64,000 nt of DNA, from assembly GCA_051362555.1 (NCBI GenBank), contig CM120644.1, positions 20,172,534-20,236,533 on the forward strand, given 5' to 3'. Both the position numbers and the translations under genes were made by a program. Shown here piece by piece: positions 1-14,159 of the stretch; position 1 is the stretch's first letter; every line of letters begins with the position of its first letter. Under the pieces are notes generated by a model. That model did not search any database. It was given only the letters and a program-made list of their open reading frames with translations, and had not been told where the DNA came from. The stretch comes from Lingula anatina. Lineage: Eukaryota; Animalia; Brachiopoda.

Positions 1-3000
1 AAGACATTGAACATTGTGTCATCAACTGCTGTTGTATTATGGGAGGACGTTGAACATTGTGGCATCAACAACTGCTGTTATATTATGGGAAGACATTAAA
101 CATTGTGGCATCAACAACTGCTGTTGTATTATGGGAAGACATTGAACAATACAAAACATCAATTGCTGTTGTATTATGGGAATACATTGAACATTTTGGC
201 ATCAACAACTGCTGTTATATTTTGGGAAGACATTGAACATTATGGCATCAACAACTGCTGTTGTATTATGGGAAGACATTGAACATTACAAAACATCAAC
301 AATTGCAGTTGTATTATGGGAAGACATTGAAAATTGTGGCATCAACAACTGCTGTTGTATTATGGGAAGACATTGAACATTATGGTATCAACAACTGCTG
401 TTGTATTATGGGAAGACATTGAACATAACAAAACATGAACAATTGCAGTTGTATTATGGGAAGACATTGAACATTGTGGCATCAACAATTGCTCTTGTAT
501 TATGGAAAGACATTGAACATTGTGACATCAACAATTGCTCTTGTATTATGGAAAGACATTGAACATTGTGACATCAACAATTGCAGTTGTATTATGGGAA
601 GACATTGAACATTGTGACATCAACAATTGGTGTTGTATTATGGGAGAACATTGTGACATCAACAATTGGTGTTGTATTATGGGAAGACATTGAACATTGT
701 GACATCAACAATTGCAGTTGTATTATGGGAATACATTGAACATTGTGACATCAACAATTGCAGTTGTATTATGGGAATACACTGAACATTGTGACATCAA
801 CAATTGCTGTTGTATTATGGGAGAAAATTGTGACATCAACAATTGGTGTTGTATTATGGGAAGACATTTTACATTACAAGACATCAACAACTGCTGTTGT
901 ATTATGGGAGGACGTTGAACATTGTGGCATCAACAACTGCTGTTATATTATGGGAAGACATTGAACATTGTGACATCAACAATTTCTCTTGTATTATGGA
1001 AAGACATTGAACATTGTGACATCAACAATTGCAGTTGTATTATGGGAAGACATTGAACATTGTGACATCAACAATTGGTGTTGTATTATGGGAGAACATT
1101 GTGACATCAACAATTGGTGTTGTATTATGGGAAGACATTGAACATTGTGACACCAACAATTGCAGTTGTATTATGGGAAGACATTGAACATTGTGCCATC
1201 AACAATTGCAGTTGTATTATGGGAAGACATTGAACATTGTGACATCAACAATTGCTGTTGTATTATGGGAGAACATTGTGACATTAACAATTGCAGTTGT
1301 ATTATGGGAAGACATTGAACATTACAAGACATCAACAACTGCTGTTGTATTATGGGAGGACGTTGAACATTGTGGCATCAACAACTGCTGTTATATTATG
1401 GGAAGACATTGAACATTGTGGCATCAACAACTGCTGTTGTATTATGGGAAGACATTGAACATTGTGGCATCAAGAACTGCTGTTGTATTATGGGAAGACA
1501 TTGAACATTACAAGACATCAACAACTGCTGTTGTATTATGGGAGGACATTGAACATAATTGTGACATCAACAATTACTGTTGTATTATGGGAATACATTG
1601 AGCATTGTGACATCAACAACTGCTGTTGTATTATGGGAATACATTGAACATTGTGACATCAACAATTCTATTTGTATTATGGGAGGACATTGAACATTGT
1701 GACATCAACAATTGCTCTTGTATTATGGAAAGACATTGAACATTGTAACATCAACAATTGCTCTTGTATTATGGAAAGACATTGAACATTGTAACATCAA
1801 CAATTGCTCTTGTATTATGGAAAGACATTGAACATTGTGACATCAACAATTGCTCTTGTATTATGGGAAGACATTGAACATTGTGACATCAACAATTGCT
1901 GTTGTATTATGGGAGAACATTGTGACATCAACAATTGGTGTTGTATTATGGAAAGATATTGCACATTGTGACATCAACAATTGCAGTTGTATTATGGAAA
2001 GACATTGAACATTGTGTCATCAACTGCTGTTGTATTATGGGAGGACGTTGAACATTGTGGCATCAACAACTGCTGTTATATTATGGGAAGACATTGAACA
2101 TTGTGGCATCAACAATTGCTGTTGTATTATGGGCGAACATTGTGACATCAACAATTGGTGTTGTATTATGGAAAGACATTGAACATTGTGACATCAACAA
2201 TTGCTCTTGTATTATGGAAAGACATTGAACATTGTGTCATCAACTGCTGTTGTATTATGCGAGGACGTGGAACATTGTGGCATCAACAATTGCAGTTGTA
2301 TTATGGGAAGACATTGAACATTGTGACATCAACAATTGCTGTTGTATTATGGGAGAACATTGTGACATCAACAATTGGTGTTGTATTATGGAAAGACATT
2401 GAACATTGTGACATCAACAATTGCTCTTGTATTATGGAAAGACATTGAACATTGTGTCATCAACTGCTGTTGTATTATGGGAGGACGTTGAACATTGTGG
2501 CATCAACAACTGCTGTTATATTATGGGAAGACATTGAACATTGTGGCATCAACAACTGCTGTTGTATTATGGGAAGACATTGAACATTACAAAACATCAA
2601 TTGCTGTTGTATTATGGGAAGACATTGAACATTTTGGCATCAACAACTGCTGTTGTATTATGGGAAGACATTGAACATTACAAAACATCAACAATTGCAG
2701 TTGTATTATGGGAAGACATTGAAAATTGTGGCATCAACAACTGCTGTTATATTATGGGAAGACATTGAACATTATGGTATCAACAACTGCTGTTGTATTA
2801 TGGGAAGACATTGAACATTACAAAACATGAACAATTGCAGTTGTATTATGGGAAGACATTGAACATTGTGGCATCAACAATTGCTCTTGTATTATGGAAA
2901 GACATTGAACATTGTGACATCAACAATTGCTCTTGTATTATGGAAAGACATTGAACATTGTGACATGAACAATTGCAGTTGTATTATGGGAAGACATTGA

Positions 3001-6000
3001 ACATTGTGACATGAACAATTGCTGTTGTATTATAGGAGAACATTGTGACATCAACAATTGGTGTTGTATTATGGGAAGACATTGAACATTGTGACATCAA
3101 CAATTGCTCTTGTATTATGGAAAGACATTGAACATTGTGACATCAACAATTCAGTTGTATTATGGGAAGACATTGAACATTGTGACATCAACAATTGGTG
3201 TTGTATTATGGGAGAACATTGTGACATCAACAATTGGTGTTGTATTATTGGAAGACATTGAACATTGTGACAGCAACAATTGCAGTTGTATTATGGGAAT
3301 ACATTGAACATTGTGACATCAACAATTGCAGTTGTATTATGGGAATACATTGAACATTGTGACATCAACAATTGCTGTTGTATTATGGGAGAATATTGTG
3401 ACATCAACAATTGCAGTTGTATTATGGGAAGACATTGAACATTACAAGACATCAAGACATCAACAACTGCTGTTGTATTATGGGAGGACATTGAACATTG
3501 TGGCATCAACAACTGCTGTTATATTATGGGAAGACATTGAACATTGTGGCATCAACAACTGCTGTTGTATTATGGGAAGACATTGAACATTACAAAACAT
3601 CAACAATTGCTGTTGTATTTTGGGAAAACATTGAACATTGTGGCATCAACAACTGGTGTTGTATTATGGGAATACATTGAACATTGTGACATCAACAATT
3701 CTATTTGTATTATGGGAGGACATTGAACATTGTGACATCAACAATTGCTCTTGTATTATGGAAAGACATTGAACATTGTAACATCAACAATTGCTCTTGT
3801 ATTATGGAAAGACATTGAACATTGTGACATCAACAATTGCTCTTGTATTATGGGAAGACATTGAACATTGAGACATCAACAATTGCTGTTGTATTATGGG
3901 AGAACATTGTGACATCAACAATTGGTGTTGTATTATGGAAAGATATTGCACATTGTGACATCAACAATTGCAGTTGTATTATGGAAAGACATTGAACATT
4001 GTGTCATCAACTGCTGTTGTATTATGGGAGGACGTTGAACATTGTGGCATCAACAACTGCTGTTATATTATGGGAAGACATTGAACATTGTGGCATCAAC
4101 AATTGCTGTTGTATTATGGGAGAACATTGTGACATCAACAATTGGTGTTGTATTATGGAAAGACATTGAACATTGTGACATCAACAATTGCTCTTGTATT
4201 ATGGAAAGACATTGAACATTGTGTCATCAACTGCTGTTGTATTATGGGAGGACGTCGAACATTGTGGCATAAACAATTGCAGTTGTATTATGGGAAGACA
4301 TTGAACATTGTGACATCAACAATTGCTGTTGTATTATGGGAGAACATTGTGACATCAACAATTGGTGTTGTATTATGGAAAGACATTGAACATTGTGACA
4401 TCAACAATTGCTCTTGTATTATGGAAAGGCATTGAACATTGTGTCATCAACTGCTGTTGTATTATGGAAGGACGTTGAACATTGTGGCATCAACAACTGC
4501 TGTTATATTATGGGAAGACATTAAACATTGTGGCATCAACAACTGCTGTTGTATTATGGGAAGACATTGAACAATACAAAACATCAATTGCTGTTGTATT
4601 ATGGGAATACATTGAACATTTTGGCATCAACAACTGCTGTTATATTTTGGGAAGACATTGACATTATGGCATCAACAACTGCTGTTGTATTATGGGAAGA
4701 CATTGAACATTACAAAACATCAACAATTGCAGTTGTATTATGGGAAGACATTGAAAATTGTGGCATCAACAACTGCTGTTGTATTATGGGAAGACATTGA
4801 ACATTATGGTATCAACAACTGCTGTTGTATTATGGGAAGACATTGAACATAACAAAACATGAACAATTGCAGTTGTATTATGGGAAGACATTGAACATTG
4901 TGGCATCAACAATTGCTCTTGTATTATGGAAAGACATTGAACATTGTGACATCAACAATTGCTCTTGTATTATGGAAAGACATTGAACATTGTGACATCA
5001 ACAATTGCAGTTGTATTATGGGAAGACATTGAACATTGTGACATGAACAATTGCTGTTGTATTATGGGAGAACATTGTGACATCAACAATTGGTGTTGAA
5101 TTATGGGAAGACATTGAACATTGTGACATCAACAATTGCTCTTGTATTATGGAAAGACATTGAACATTGTGACATCAACAATTGCAGTTGTATTATGGGA
5201 AGACATTGAACATTGTGACATCAACAATTGGTGTTGTATTATGGGAGAACATTGTGACATCAACAATTGGTGTTGTATTATGGGAAGACATTGAACATTG
5301 TGACATCAACAATTGCAGTTGTATTATGGGAATACATTGAACATTGTGACATCAACAATTGCAGTTGTATTATGGGAATACATTGAACATTGTGACATCA
5401 ATAATTGCTGTTGTATTATGGGAGAACATTGTGACATCAACAATTGCAGTTGTATTATGGGAAGACATTGAACATTACAAGACATCAACAACTGCTGTTG
5501 TATTATGGGAGGACATTGAACATTGTGGCATCAACAACTGCTGTTATATTATGGGAAGACATTGAACATTGTGGCATCAACAACTGCTGTTGTATTATGG
5601 GAAGACATTGAACATTACAAAACATCAACAATTGCTGTTGTATTTTGGGAATACATTGAACATTGTGGCATCAACAACTGCTGTTGTATTATGGGAAGAC
5701 ATTGAACATTGTGGCATTAAGAACTGCTGTTGTATTATGGGAAGAATTGAACATTACAAAACATCAACAACTGCAGTTGTATTATGGGAAGACATTGAAC
5801 ATTGTGGCATCAACAACTGCTGTTATATAATGGGAAGACATTGAACATTGTGGCATCAACAATTGCTGTTATATTATGGGAATACATTGAACATTACAAA
5901 ACATCAACAACTGCTGTTATATTATGGGAAGACATTGAACATTATGGCATCAACAACTGCTGTTGTATTATGGGAAGACATTGAACATTACAAAACATCA

Positions 6001-7591
6001 ACAACTTCTGTTATATTATGGGAAGACATTGAACATTATGGCATCAACAACTGCTGTTGTATTATGGGGATACATTAAACATTGTGGCATCAACAACTGC
6101 TGTTGTTTTATGGGAAGACATTGAACATTATGGCATCAACAACTGCTGTTGTATTATGGGAAGACATTGAGCATTTCAAAACATCAACAATTGCAGTTGT
6201 ATTATGGGAAGACTTTGAACATTGTGGCATCAACAACTGCTGTTGTATTATGGGAAGACATTGAACATTGTGGCATCAACAACTGCTGTTATATAATGGG
6301 AAGACATTGAACATTATGGCATCAACAACTGCTGTTGTATTATGGGAAGACATTGAACATTTCAAAACATCAACAATTGCAGTTGTATTATGGGAAGACA
6401 TTGAACATTACAAGACATCAAGAACTGCTGTTGTATTATGGGAAAACATTGAACATTGTGGCATCAACAATTGCTGTTGTATTATGGGAAGACATTTAAC
6501 ATTACAAAACATCAACAACTGCAGTTGTATTATGGGAAGACATTGAACATTGTGGCATCAACAACTGCTGTTATATAATGGGAAGACATTGAACATTGTG
6601 GCATCAACAATTTCTGTTATATTATGGGAATACATTGAACATTACAAAACATCAACAACTGCTGTTATATTATGGGAAGACATTGAACATTATGGCATCA
6701 ACAACTGCTGTTGTATTATGGGAAGACATTGAACATTACAAAACATCAACAACTGCTGTTATATTATGGGAAGACATTGAACATTATGGCATCAACAACT
6801 GCTGTTGTATTATGGGAATACATTAAACATTGTGGCATCAACAACTGCTGTTGTTTTATGTGAAGACATTGAACATTGTGGCATCAACAACTGCTGTTGT
6901 ATTATGGGAAGACATTGAACATTACAAAACATCAACAATTGCAGTTGTATTATGGGAAGACATTGAACATTGTAGCATCAACAACTGCTGTTATATTATG
7001 GGAAGACATTGAACATTATGGCATCAACAACTGCTGTTGTATTATGGGAAGACATTGAACATTACAAAACATCAACAATTGCAGTTGTATTATGGGAAGA
7101 CATTGAACATTGTGGCATCAACAACTGCTGTTATATTATGGGAAGACATTGAACATTATGGTATCAACAACTGCTGTTGAATTATGGGAAGACATTGAAC
7201 ATTACAAAACATCAACAATTGCAGTTGTATTATGGGAAGACATTGAACATTACAAGACATCAAGAACTGCTGTTGTATTATGGGAAAACATTGAACATTG
7301 TGGCATCAACAATTGCTGTTATATTATGGGAATATATTGAACATTACAAAACATCAACAACTGCTGTTGTATTATGGGAATACATTGAACATTGTGACAT
7401 CAACAATTGCTGTTGTATTATGGGAAGACATTGAACATTGTGACATCAACAATTGTTGTTGTATTATGGGAAGACATTGAACATTGTGACATCAACAATT
7501 GCTGTTGTATTATGGGAAGACATTGAACATTGTGACATCAACAATTGCTGTTGTATTATGGGAAGACATTGAACATTGTGGCATCAACAAC
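1..7591. repeat. 46-bp tandem satellite array, roughly 165 units, with length variants and ~2-2.4 kb higher-order repeats; continues past the window start
   Basis: Consensus GGGAAGACATTGAACATTGTGACATCAACAATTGCTGTTGTATTAT repeats without interruption. Variants include GGGAGAAC (shorter unit) and CATTACAAAACATC (longer unit). The same order of variants recurs near 1, 2439 and 4426. Confidence 0.97.
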
Positions 7592-8298
7592 ATTCTTCAG
7601 ATGGATATACACATGAGCATCTCATTACACTATACATTTTATTGTTGAATGCCAGTAATTTAAGACTCTTTTAAGAGAAACTTAAAAGTTTCAAATGGAA
7701 ATGATTTTAGGTCCATCTTTAATTTGGTCTACTTTAATAGTATATATTTATAGTATATGTTTTTAAATATTTTTAGCTAGCAATTAGGGCAATGTCCATA
7801 GCACTGTCAAAAGATTCCAGGCATTGGCAATTTGACCACAGGTTTGTTGCTCGTTGTGTTACATGTACTAGCCTGATCCATGTTTCATTGGTCAAGGTCT
7901 TAAAGAAAAGTTTTATATTTTCACACTCAGGTGATAAACCATAAACCAGCTTATTTCCCATATTAGCACAGACCTTATTGTCAGTTTACAGATAGTGATA
8001 TACTTCGTATAGAGAGCCATGAAGTGTAAGCAATTTTCAAATGAATTTTCCTTTAATTATAATTTGACTTTCTCATTTTTCAGTTTTACCTGTGACAGAA
8101 ATTCGGAACTGACAGAGTAGGTGGTCAGGGAGGTTAAACAATTCTATCTACCTGTTGATGGGAAGACCTGATGGCCAGTAGCAGATATATACAGTGAGTT
8201 TTTCCAACCTGTTGTTAAACAGTGGCAAGCTATGTTGTAGAAGTCAGTGGAACAGGTGTTTGGAATTGCGTCAATTTGAAGTGTTCATTAAAGGTTCT

Positions 8299-9052
8299 GA
8301 CTCCCCCCCCCCCCCCACCCATGAAATTTTGACTCCCCCTCACAAACCTTTATAAATCTTATTTTATTTGAATATAGAACTTTTATCTTGAAGTATGCAT
8401 AATGGGGGATACATTGGTACTTTTTGAAAATTTTCATGAGGAAATAAGAAAATTTAAATAATTTTCTCACCCAATGACTCCTATGAAAAGGATATGGGAG
8501 TCCAAATCCTACAGTTAGTAAGATCAATACTTGTTTCAAAAATTATCAAGTTTCACCAAACTTTTCACCACTAAACTTTTAAATACTAACAAAATATACA
8601 TCACAATGCAAACCATGTGAAAAACAATGGTATGGTGACTTAATATAAAATAGTGCCTTTTCTTCATTAGAGTCCAAAATCCCATGTGTATGAATATAAA
8701 GATTTTTCAAGATTATTTTTTTCATTATTTGCACCCAATATTTTACCACCAAACTTTCAAATATTTCCAATATATTCTTCATAAAGTATACTAAAGGGAC
8801 ACATGTAGAAATGATCACCATGTAAATATCAAATAAAAAGCTTTTTCATAGGGGAGTCATTGGGTGATAAAATACACATTTTTGATTTTCTTATTTTCTC
8901 ATTAAAATTTTCACCTGCAAACTAACAAAAAGTGCAAATGTATTATCCATTATGCATACATGTACCACAATATAAAAGTCATATACTCAAATAAAATAAG
9001 ATTTATTAAGTTTTTTTGGGGGGAGTCAAAATTTCATGGGGGGGGGGGTCAC
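8299..9052. mobile_element. Fold-back/MITE-like non-autonomous element with long imperfect terminal inverted repeats
   Basis: Left CCATGAAATTTTGACTCCCC...ATAAATCTTATTTTATTTGA mirrors right TCAAATAAAATAAGATTTAT...GGGGAGTCAAAATTTCATGG. An inner pair is CACCCAATGACTCCTATGAAAA (~8468) and TTTTCATAGGGGAGTCATTGGGTG (~8843). No ORF. Confidence 0.75.
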
Positions 9053-9842
9053 ATTTTCATTATGAAAAGATGACCTATAAAGGGAAGAGGGTGGAGGAAA
9101 TGAAAATAACAAGACAAGAGTTAGAAGGTACTGGTGCGAATGTTTGAAAGCAGTTTTTTTTAATCCACCTTATTAACTTGATGTCACAGGCAAGTTAGAA
9201 AGCCACCTTTTTGCCTCACAAATGTTTTTTTCTTATTCTTTCTTTGGCTGCATATTAGTCTTGTTTATTTGACAAATATTTTGATTCGTTTTCACTTTCT
9301 GAGGCACAGTGGTCGGGTGACATACATAATTATATTCAATTAATGAGGGAGAACAAAGGGCTAGGTAAAAGTGTCATAAATCACCCCAAATTCTAAAGTA
9401 AATGTTTTACCCGAGTCTTCTCATCTAAGTATCTTATTGATACATATTATCCCTACCATTTTCAGACAGATAACAGTAAATTTAGCTCTGCCTCAGAAAT
9501 TACTTTTTTGTTTTTACATTCATGGGAAATGAAAAGGGAAAAAATGAATACGGATAAGAAGTTTGCCTGTAGTAATTGTGTAATGTAATCTTGGTAAAAT
9601 GTTGGATAATGTCGGAATAAAGTTAGATGAAGAAATGCAAAAAATTAATGGTAACCACATAATTAATTTTTTTTTAATATGTAAATTGAGCTGCCTGCTG
9701 CGGAGGTGTGTGTTTTTTCAGCACTTCTGCGTGAGGTGTGCACGTAAACTTTCTGATCCCGAAATTTCTTTAAAAAAACAGCTTGACTGGAATCAGTTCA
9801 ATGTTATTGACCACTAAATCGATTGTTTTTTTACCTTTGCAG

Positions 9843-10148
9843 AAACTGCACAGAAGAAGGACTGCCCTGCAGATGGCAAACTGGACAGATAAGAAAAAAG
9901 AAAAAGTTGGACAAGTAATAAAAAGAGAGTATATGTCTAGTGATGAAGAAAAGGAGTTGGGAGAGCAGGTAGTTAGGGAAATTCAGTGGGAATCAGACAA
10001 GCTGCAACACTATAAACGAAAATTAGACAGTCTTTACAGAAAACAACAACCTGAGCGTATGAGGTGTGTGACCATCGTGCCAAAAAGGGACGGGGCCCTG
10101 TCTGAAAGGAGAAAGCCCCAAGACTGCCCAGCATGGACATGCGTTTAG
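9843..10148 (+). pseudogene. Orphan terminal coding exon (101 codons), resembling the C-terminus of C14orf93-like uncharacterised proteins
   Basis: A polypyrimidine acceptor TTTTTTTACCTTTGCAG ends at 9842 in frame with the ORF. Peptide motif is YMSSDEE...VREIQWESDKLQHYKRKLD...PxDCPAW. AATAAA follows near 10386 and 10432. No upstream exon found. The family resemblance is from memory. Confidence 0.45.
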
Positions 10149-11149
10149 ACTTCAAATTATGACAATTTTGTTTTCGCATTCATGGGAAATGAAAAGGAAA
10201 AAATGAATATGGATCAAAATTGGTCATAAGGATAAAAAATAAATTATATAGTAAATGGAATAATAGTTGGTGGTTCTTTAATGTTGATTATAATATAAAT
10301 GTGGTATGTGTGATATAAAATTTTCAAAAGAAACACTTTCGGATTTTCGTTTTTTTAATTTTTTTTTATGGAGCTACTGGATTAAAATAAAAGCTATGTA
10401 TTTATTTATGCTCTGTCTACATTTGTTTTGCAATAAATTGTTATCATTTTAAATTCACAGACCTTCTCATGTTTATTGAATGGATTGGGTTGAGCAAGTA
10501 ACACCAAGTAGTAAAAACTGACTAAGAATTGAAAATGTCGTAATTGCCTTTATGTGATCATTAGCGGGTTATAAAGACGTAACAAAAACACCTTTACTTT
10601 CAGAGAAAAGGGTTATGAAGATGTAACCACAAATCGCTTTTACAGTTGTACTTGCTCAGAAAAGGGTTATAAAAATGTACGACCCATCAGAGGCAATTTG
10701 TCTCTTGATCCAGTGTTTCTATACCGAGACCAGACCCTCTGCACGGTTCTGACTGAACAATTCAATTGTATCGATATTCTGACATTGCTTTTATTCCGCC
10801 TCTTCAGGTTAATAACTTGCACCTATAACCGTTAGATAATTGCCTGTATCTTGCCATATTGAAGGAAGACAGGAATAACATTTGCTGTACATGTACAAGA
10901 CCAACACTACAATTCCATGGTATAGCGGTTTTATACTCATTAGTCACATTATAAGTAGACCAGGCATTTTAAGTACCCAAGATCTGCCTACTTTTATTAC
11001 TCTGAGTTAGGGGGTGACACTTCTATTGTCCAGTGTGTGTAGTTGCAACAGCATACTGAAAAAGATTTCTGAAAAAGATCACACGAATGTTCCCCTTCTG
11101 AAATGCGAATTTTGACTAGATAAATCATAGATCTAAACCGTACCAAATG

Positions 11150-11301
11150 GCACTATTCGCCCTCTAAAAAACAATTTCGGGGGGCTTAAGCGGGCCCCGA
11201 ACCCCACGCCAAAGGGGCCGGGGCGGGGGGGGGGGGAGGGGATGGGCGGCTTCGCATCCTCGGACCCTCCCTCTTCAAATAATCCTGGACCCGCCCCTGC
11301 A
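11150..11301 (+). repeat. GC-rich interspersed repeat fragment; a related copy lies at ~26440-26560
   Basis: Both sites share the segments TTAAGCxGGCCCCxAACCCCAC..CTTCGCATCC..AATAATCCTGGA..CCCTGCA. Confidence 0.6.
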
Positions 11302-13545
11302 CACCAATCTTTTTTCGACAAAATTCATTGGAGAAACATACAACGATGTTTTGCTGTTTACAGTGGGTTCCTCAGAGGTCGTCTGGTATTCTAACCTGCT
11401 AAAACCAGTTTGGTGTTCGTTAAAGGCCTTGAAAATGCGTTTTGGTGGCAATTTACCCCTCATTCTGAACGGACTGGGTGGTTTTCGTTTAGTTGCAACA
11501 GCATACCCCGAAAGAAAGTGGGTCCTGTACCCTGGTGGTAAGATTTCAATACATTGGGTATGGCCTCTGTGTAGGTACATCAGTCTGGGCATTACTCTAT
11601 AAAACTGTGCGGACCGTTTGGCGCAATTATCTGTCTGGCAATGTCTGGCTTTTTCGCGTCATTCTGCCACAGATTAACAAATTTGTAAAGTACTGCATAG
11701 CTCATTTTACACACTGCGAAACCAACTACTTGCATGCAAAATTTCAAATTCTTCTATGCAGTAGTTGCTGACATATGGATACTTTTTTGACAGAACCATG
11801 CTTTGCCTTGGCCAACCTTTGACCTGCCCAAAGGAGCACTATCCATGTTACATAATACAGCAACGCAACGCAACAAACCTGGAACTCAGTTAATTGGTAG
11901 CCACACCTGACTACACACTTCACCATTCACATATCTTATATGAGATCGGAGTTTTTTGAAAAAAGAACGCATTTTTACCTAGGCATATATTCAAAACTGA
12001 AATATTCCATATTAAATGTCAAGTCTGTACGTGTGAATATGTACATAAATAATTACAAAAAGTAAATAAATAACAAAGAACGTAATCACAATATTAAAAT
12101 GAACTTGATTCTTTCTCGTGCAATTTGAATGAGATTCAATTACTGTGCAATCTACTCAATGGGTTAAGTTTTAAATACAAATAAAACGTAAGTGAACAAG
12201 CGCATGGTAGCCTGTAGAAACTATACTACCATGAATTAACTTTGTGGGGCGAAACAGGCAAGAATCAAAATAAGGTTGGTAAAGATGGTATAGGGACATA
12301 TTTTTGAATAGCGACTGTGCGTGTCGTTCTTACGGGAACATTGTCTTTGCCACAGGGTCTCTGACACAAACAGGCGTCTTTGATCCTCTTACCTATTGGA
12401 ATATTTTTGGTTGTTCAGAGAGGACGAAGACCAAGTGACATTTACTCAGGACGCCATGACGGGAGGGAAAGAACTCGAAAGGTGGTCACGATCCTTGTGG
12501 ACGAAGCATGGCATTCAATGCGTCCTGCTCTTAGATGGACAGCTTGTACCGCAGTGAGCACGGCTTGTATCGGTGTACAGCTTGTTGGAGGCTTTTCTCG
12601 TTACTGTCACAAGGACAGGAGCGCAAATATTCTATGAAGGGGGAGAACTAAATACTTTTGCCATTATTTGAGGTTATTTGCGTAGTTGTAATCACCCGGG
12701 CGACAAGCCTTGAAGGAGATGATCGAGAGCCATTTATCGTAAATAAAGACTTTTGCCCTGTCAATGTTGCAGGGTATCAGTACACACACCCAACCACACC
12801 TCCGAAACTCAGTTTCACAAAATATCCTAGGATCTTTATCTTTCATCATATTTGCCTCCCCCCCCCCCCCCCCACACACACACCGTACACTCTCCTCATA
12901 ACACTGGTTATTTTGTCAACGGCTGTTTTCATCACATTTTCTTTTCATATACAGTGTAGTATATGTTAGATTCACTACATTAACTCTTAAACTAAAATAG
13001 CTTTCCAACACTATCCATGAAATATTACTTAAAGAACATCTTTACTACCCCAGCCCCGTCTCACGTTGTCTTCACTAACACAATTGGGTGATTTTTGTGG
13101 AAGCCGTCACAATCATGGTTGAGACAGCATCATAAACCATACACCGCAGCCTGTGGCACATTTTGTTCTGAGCAAGGATTGTTCACTTAAAATGTCTACA
13201 CAGTTGCAGTTAGATTAAAGGGGAATTAGAAAGAGTTAAAGGGCAATAGTAAAGTAGATTTAGCAAAGACATTAATAAAAATAATTACTTCGTTTAAAAG
13301 CGGGGGCTGCCAGGCCTTATAAACGGATTCTAGGCGTTAACTAACCCTACCGGCAGATCTTTTAGCTATAACACCCATCTAAACCACATAACCGGAATTA
13401 ACCAGCACACCGTACATTTATTTACCACTGCGCTCTTCAATTAAGTTTTCAATATCTTTTAGCTCTAACACCCATCTAAACCACATAACCCGTGATAAAC
13501 CACTGCGCTCTTCCATTTGGCTTTCAGTACAACAAAACCAGCCTT

Positions 13546-13547
<2 letters not shown>

Positions 13548-13586
<39 letters not shown>

Positions 13587-13630
13587 CGCGCGCGCGCGTG
13601 TCTGTGTGTGTGTGGCGCGCGCGTGTATGC
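13548..13630. repeat. (TG)n/(CG)n alternating purine-pyrimidine microsatellite
   Basis: GTGTGT...GTGCGTGCGCGCGCGCGCGTGT...GGCGCGCGCGTGT. Confidence 0.9.
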
Positions 13631-14159
13631 TGTAACACACTTTTTAGCGGAGTCGTAAGCTCTCCTGACACATCTACTGACACTTTGCCCCCCCTTTCCG
13701 GGTCAATCACCGACCAATCCACCAGTACCCATGAATTATTATTTCATTACTTTTAGAACATCCCAATCCTTCGTCTCGAGTTATGTCTTCACTAACACAA
13801 TCGGGTGATATTTGTGGAGTCCGTCACAATCATGGTTGAGACAGCATCAAACTCAAAACATATCAGCTAGCGGTAACTTTTCCTTATGAACAGAGATAAT
13901 TTACTTGAAAATTTTCACAGTGGCAGATAGATTAGAAATAAATAAATAAATAAATAAATAAATGAGAGAAGAGGATGAAAAAGAGTTGGCTTTTTTGTTA
14001 TTATGACAAGTATGGAGCGCAAATTTTGAAGGTGGAGAATTAAGCAGTTTATTTGCATAGTTCGTTTTGTAATCTCCCGCCCGACAAGTTATTTTCGTTG
14101 GAGAATGGCTGTTGAAGGGTTTTCATGACAATCTCCCCAAATTTCATATTAATTGTCAG

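Noticed and set aside
712-7480. Many 60-97 aa ORFs in the satellite
   Set aside because: They are by-products of a unit whose length is not a multiple of 3. Most start at TTG, overlap in all frames and have no splice context.
1-7591. CRISPR-like array
   Set aside because: The units are head-to-tail with no unique spacers, there are no cas genes, and the context is eukaryotic.
11275-11926. Overlapping ORFs, including a THAP-like start MVKCVVRC
   Set aside because: No complete THAP signature or other recognisable motif, and the frames are broken by stops.
12380-12969. ORFs within family-A copies (also 23152-23498, 59641-59980, 61413-61921)
   Set aside because: Frames are not preserved between copies and include microsatellite-derived peptides.
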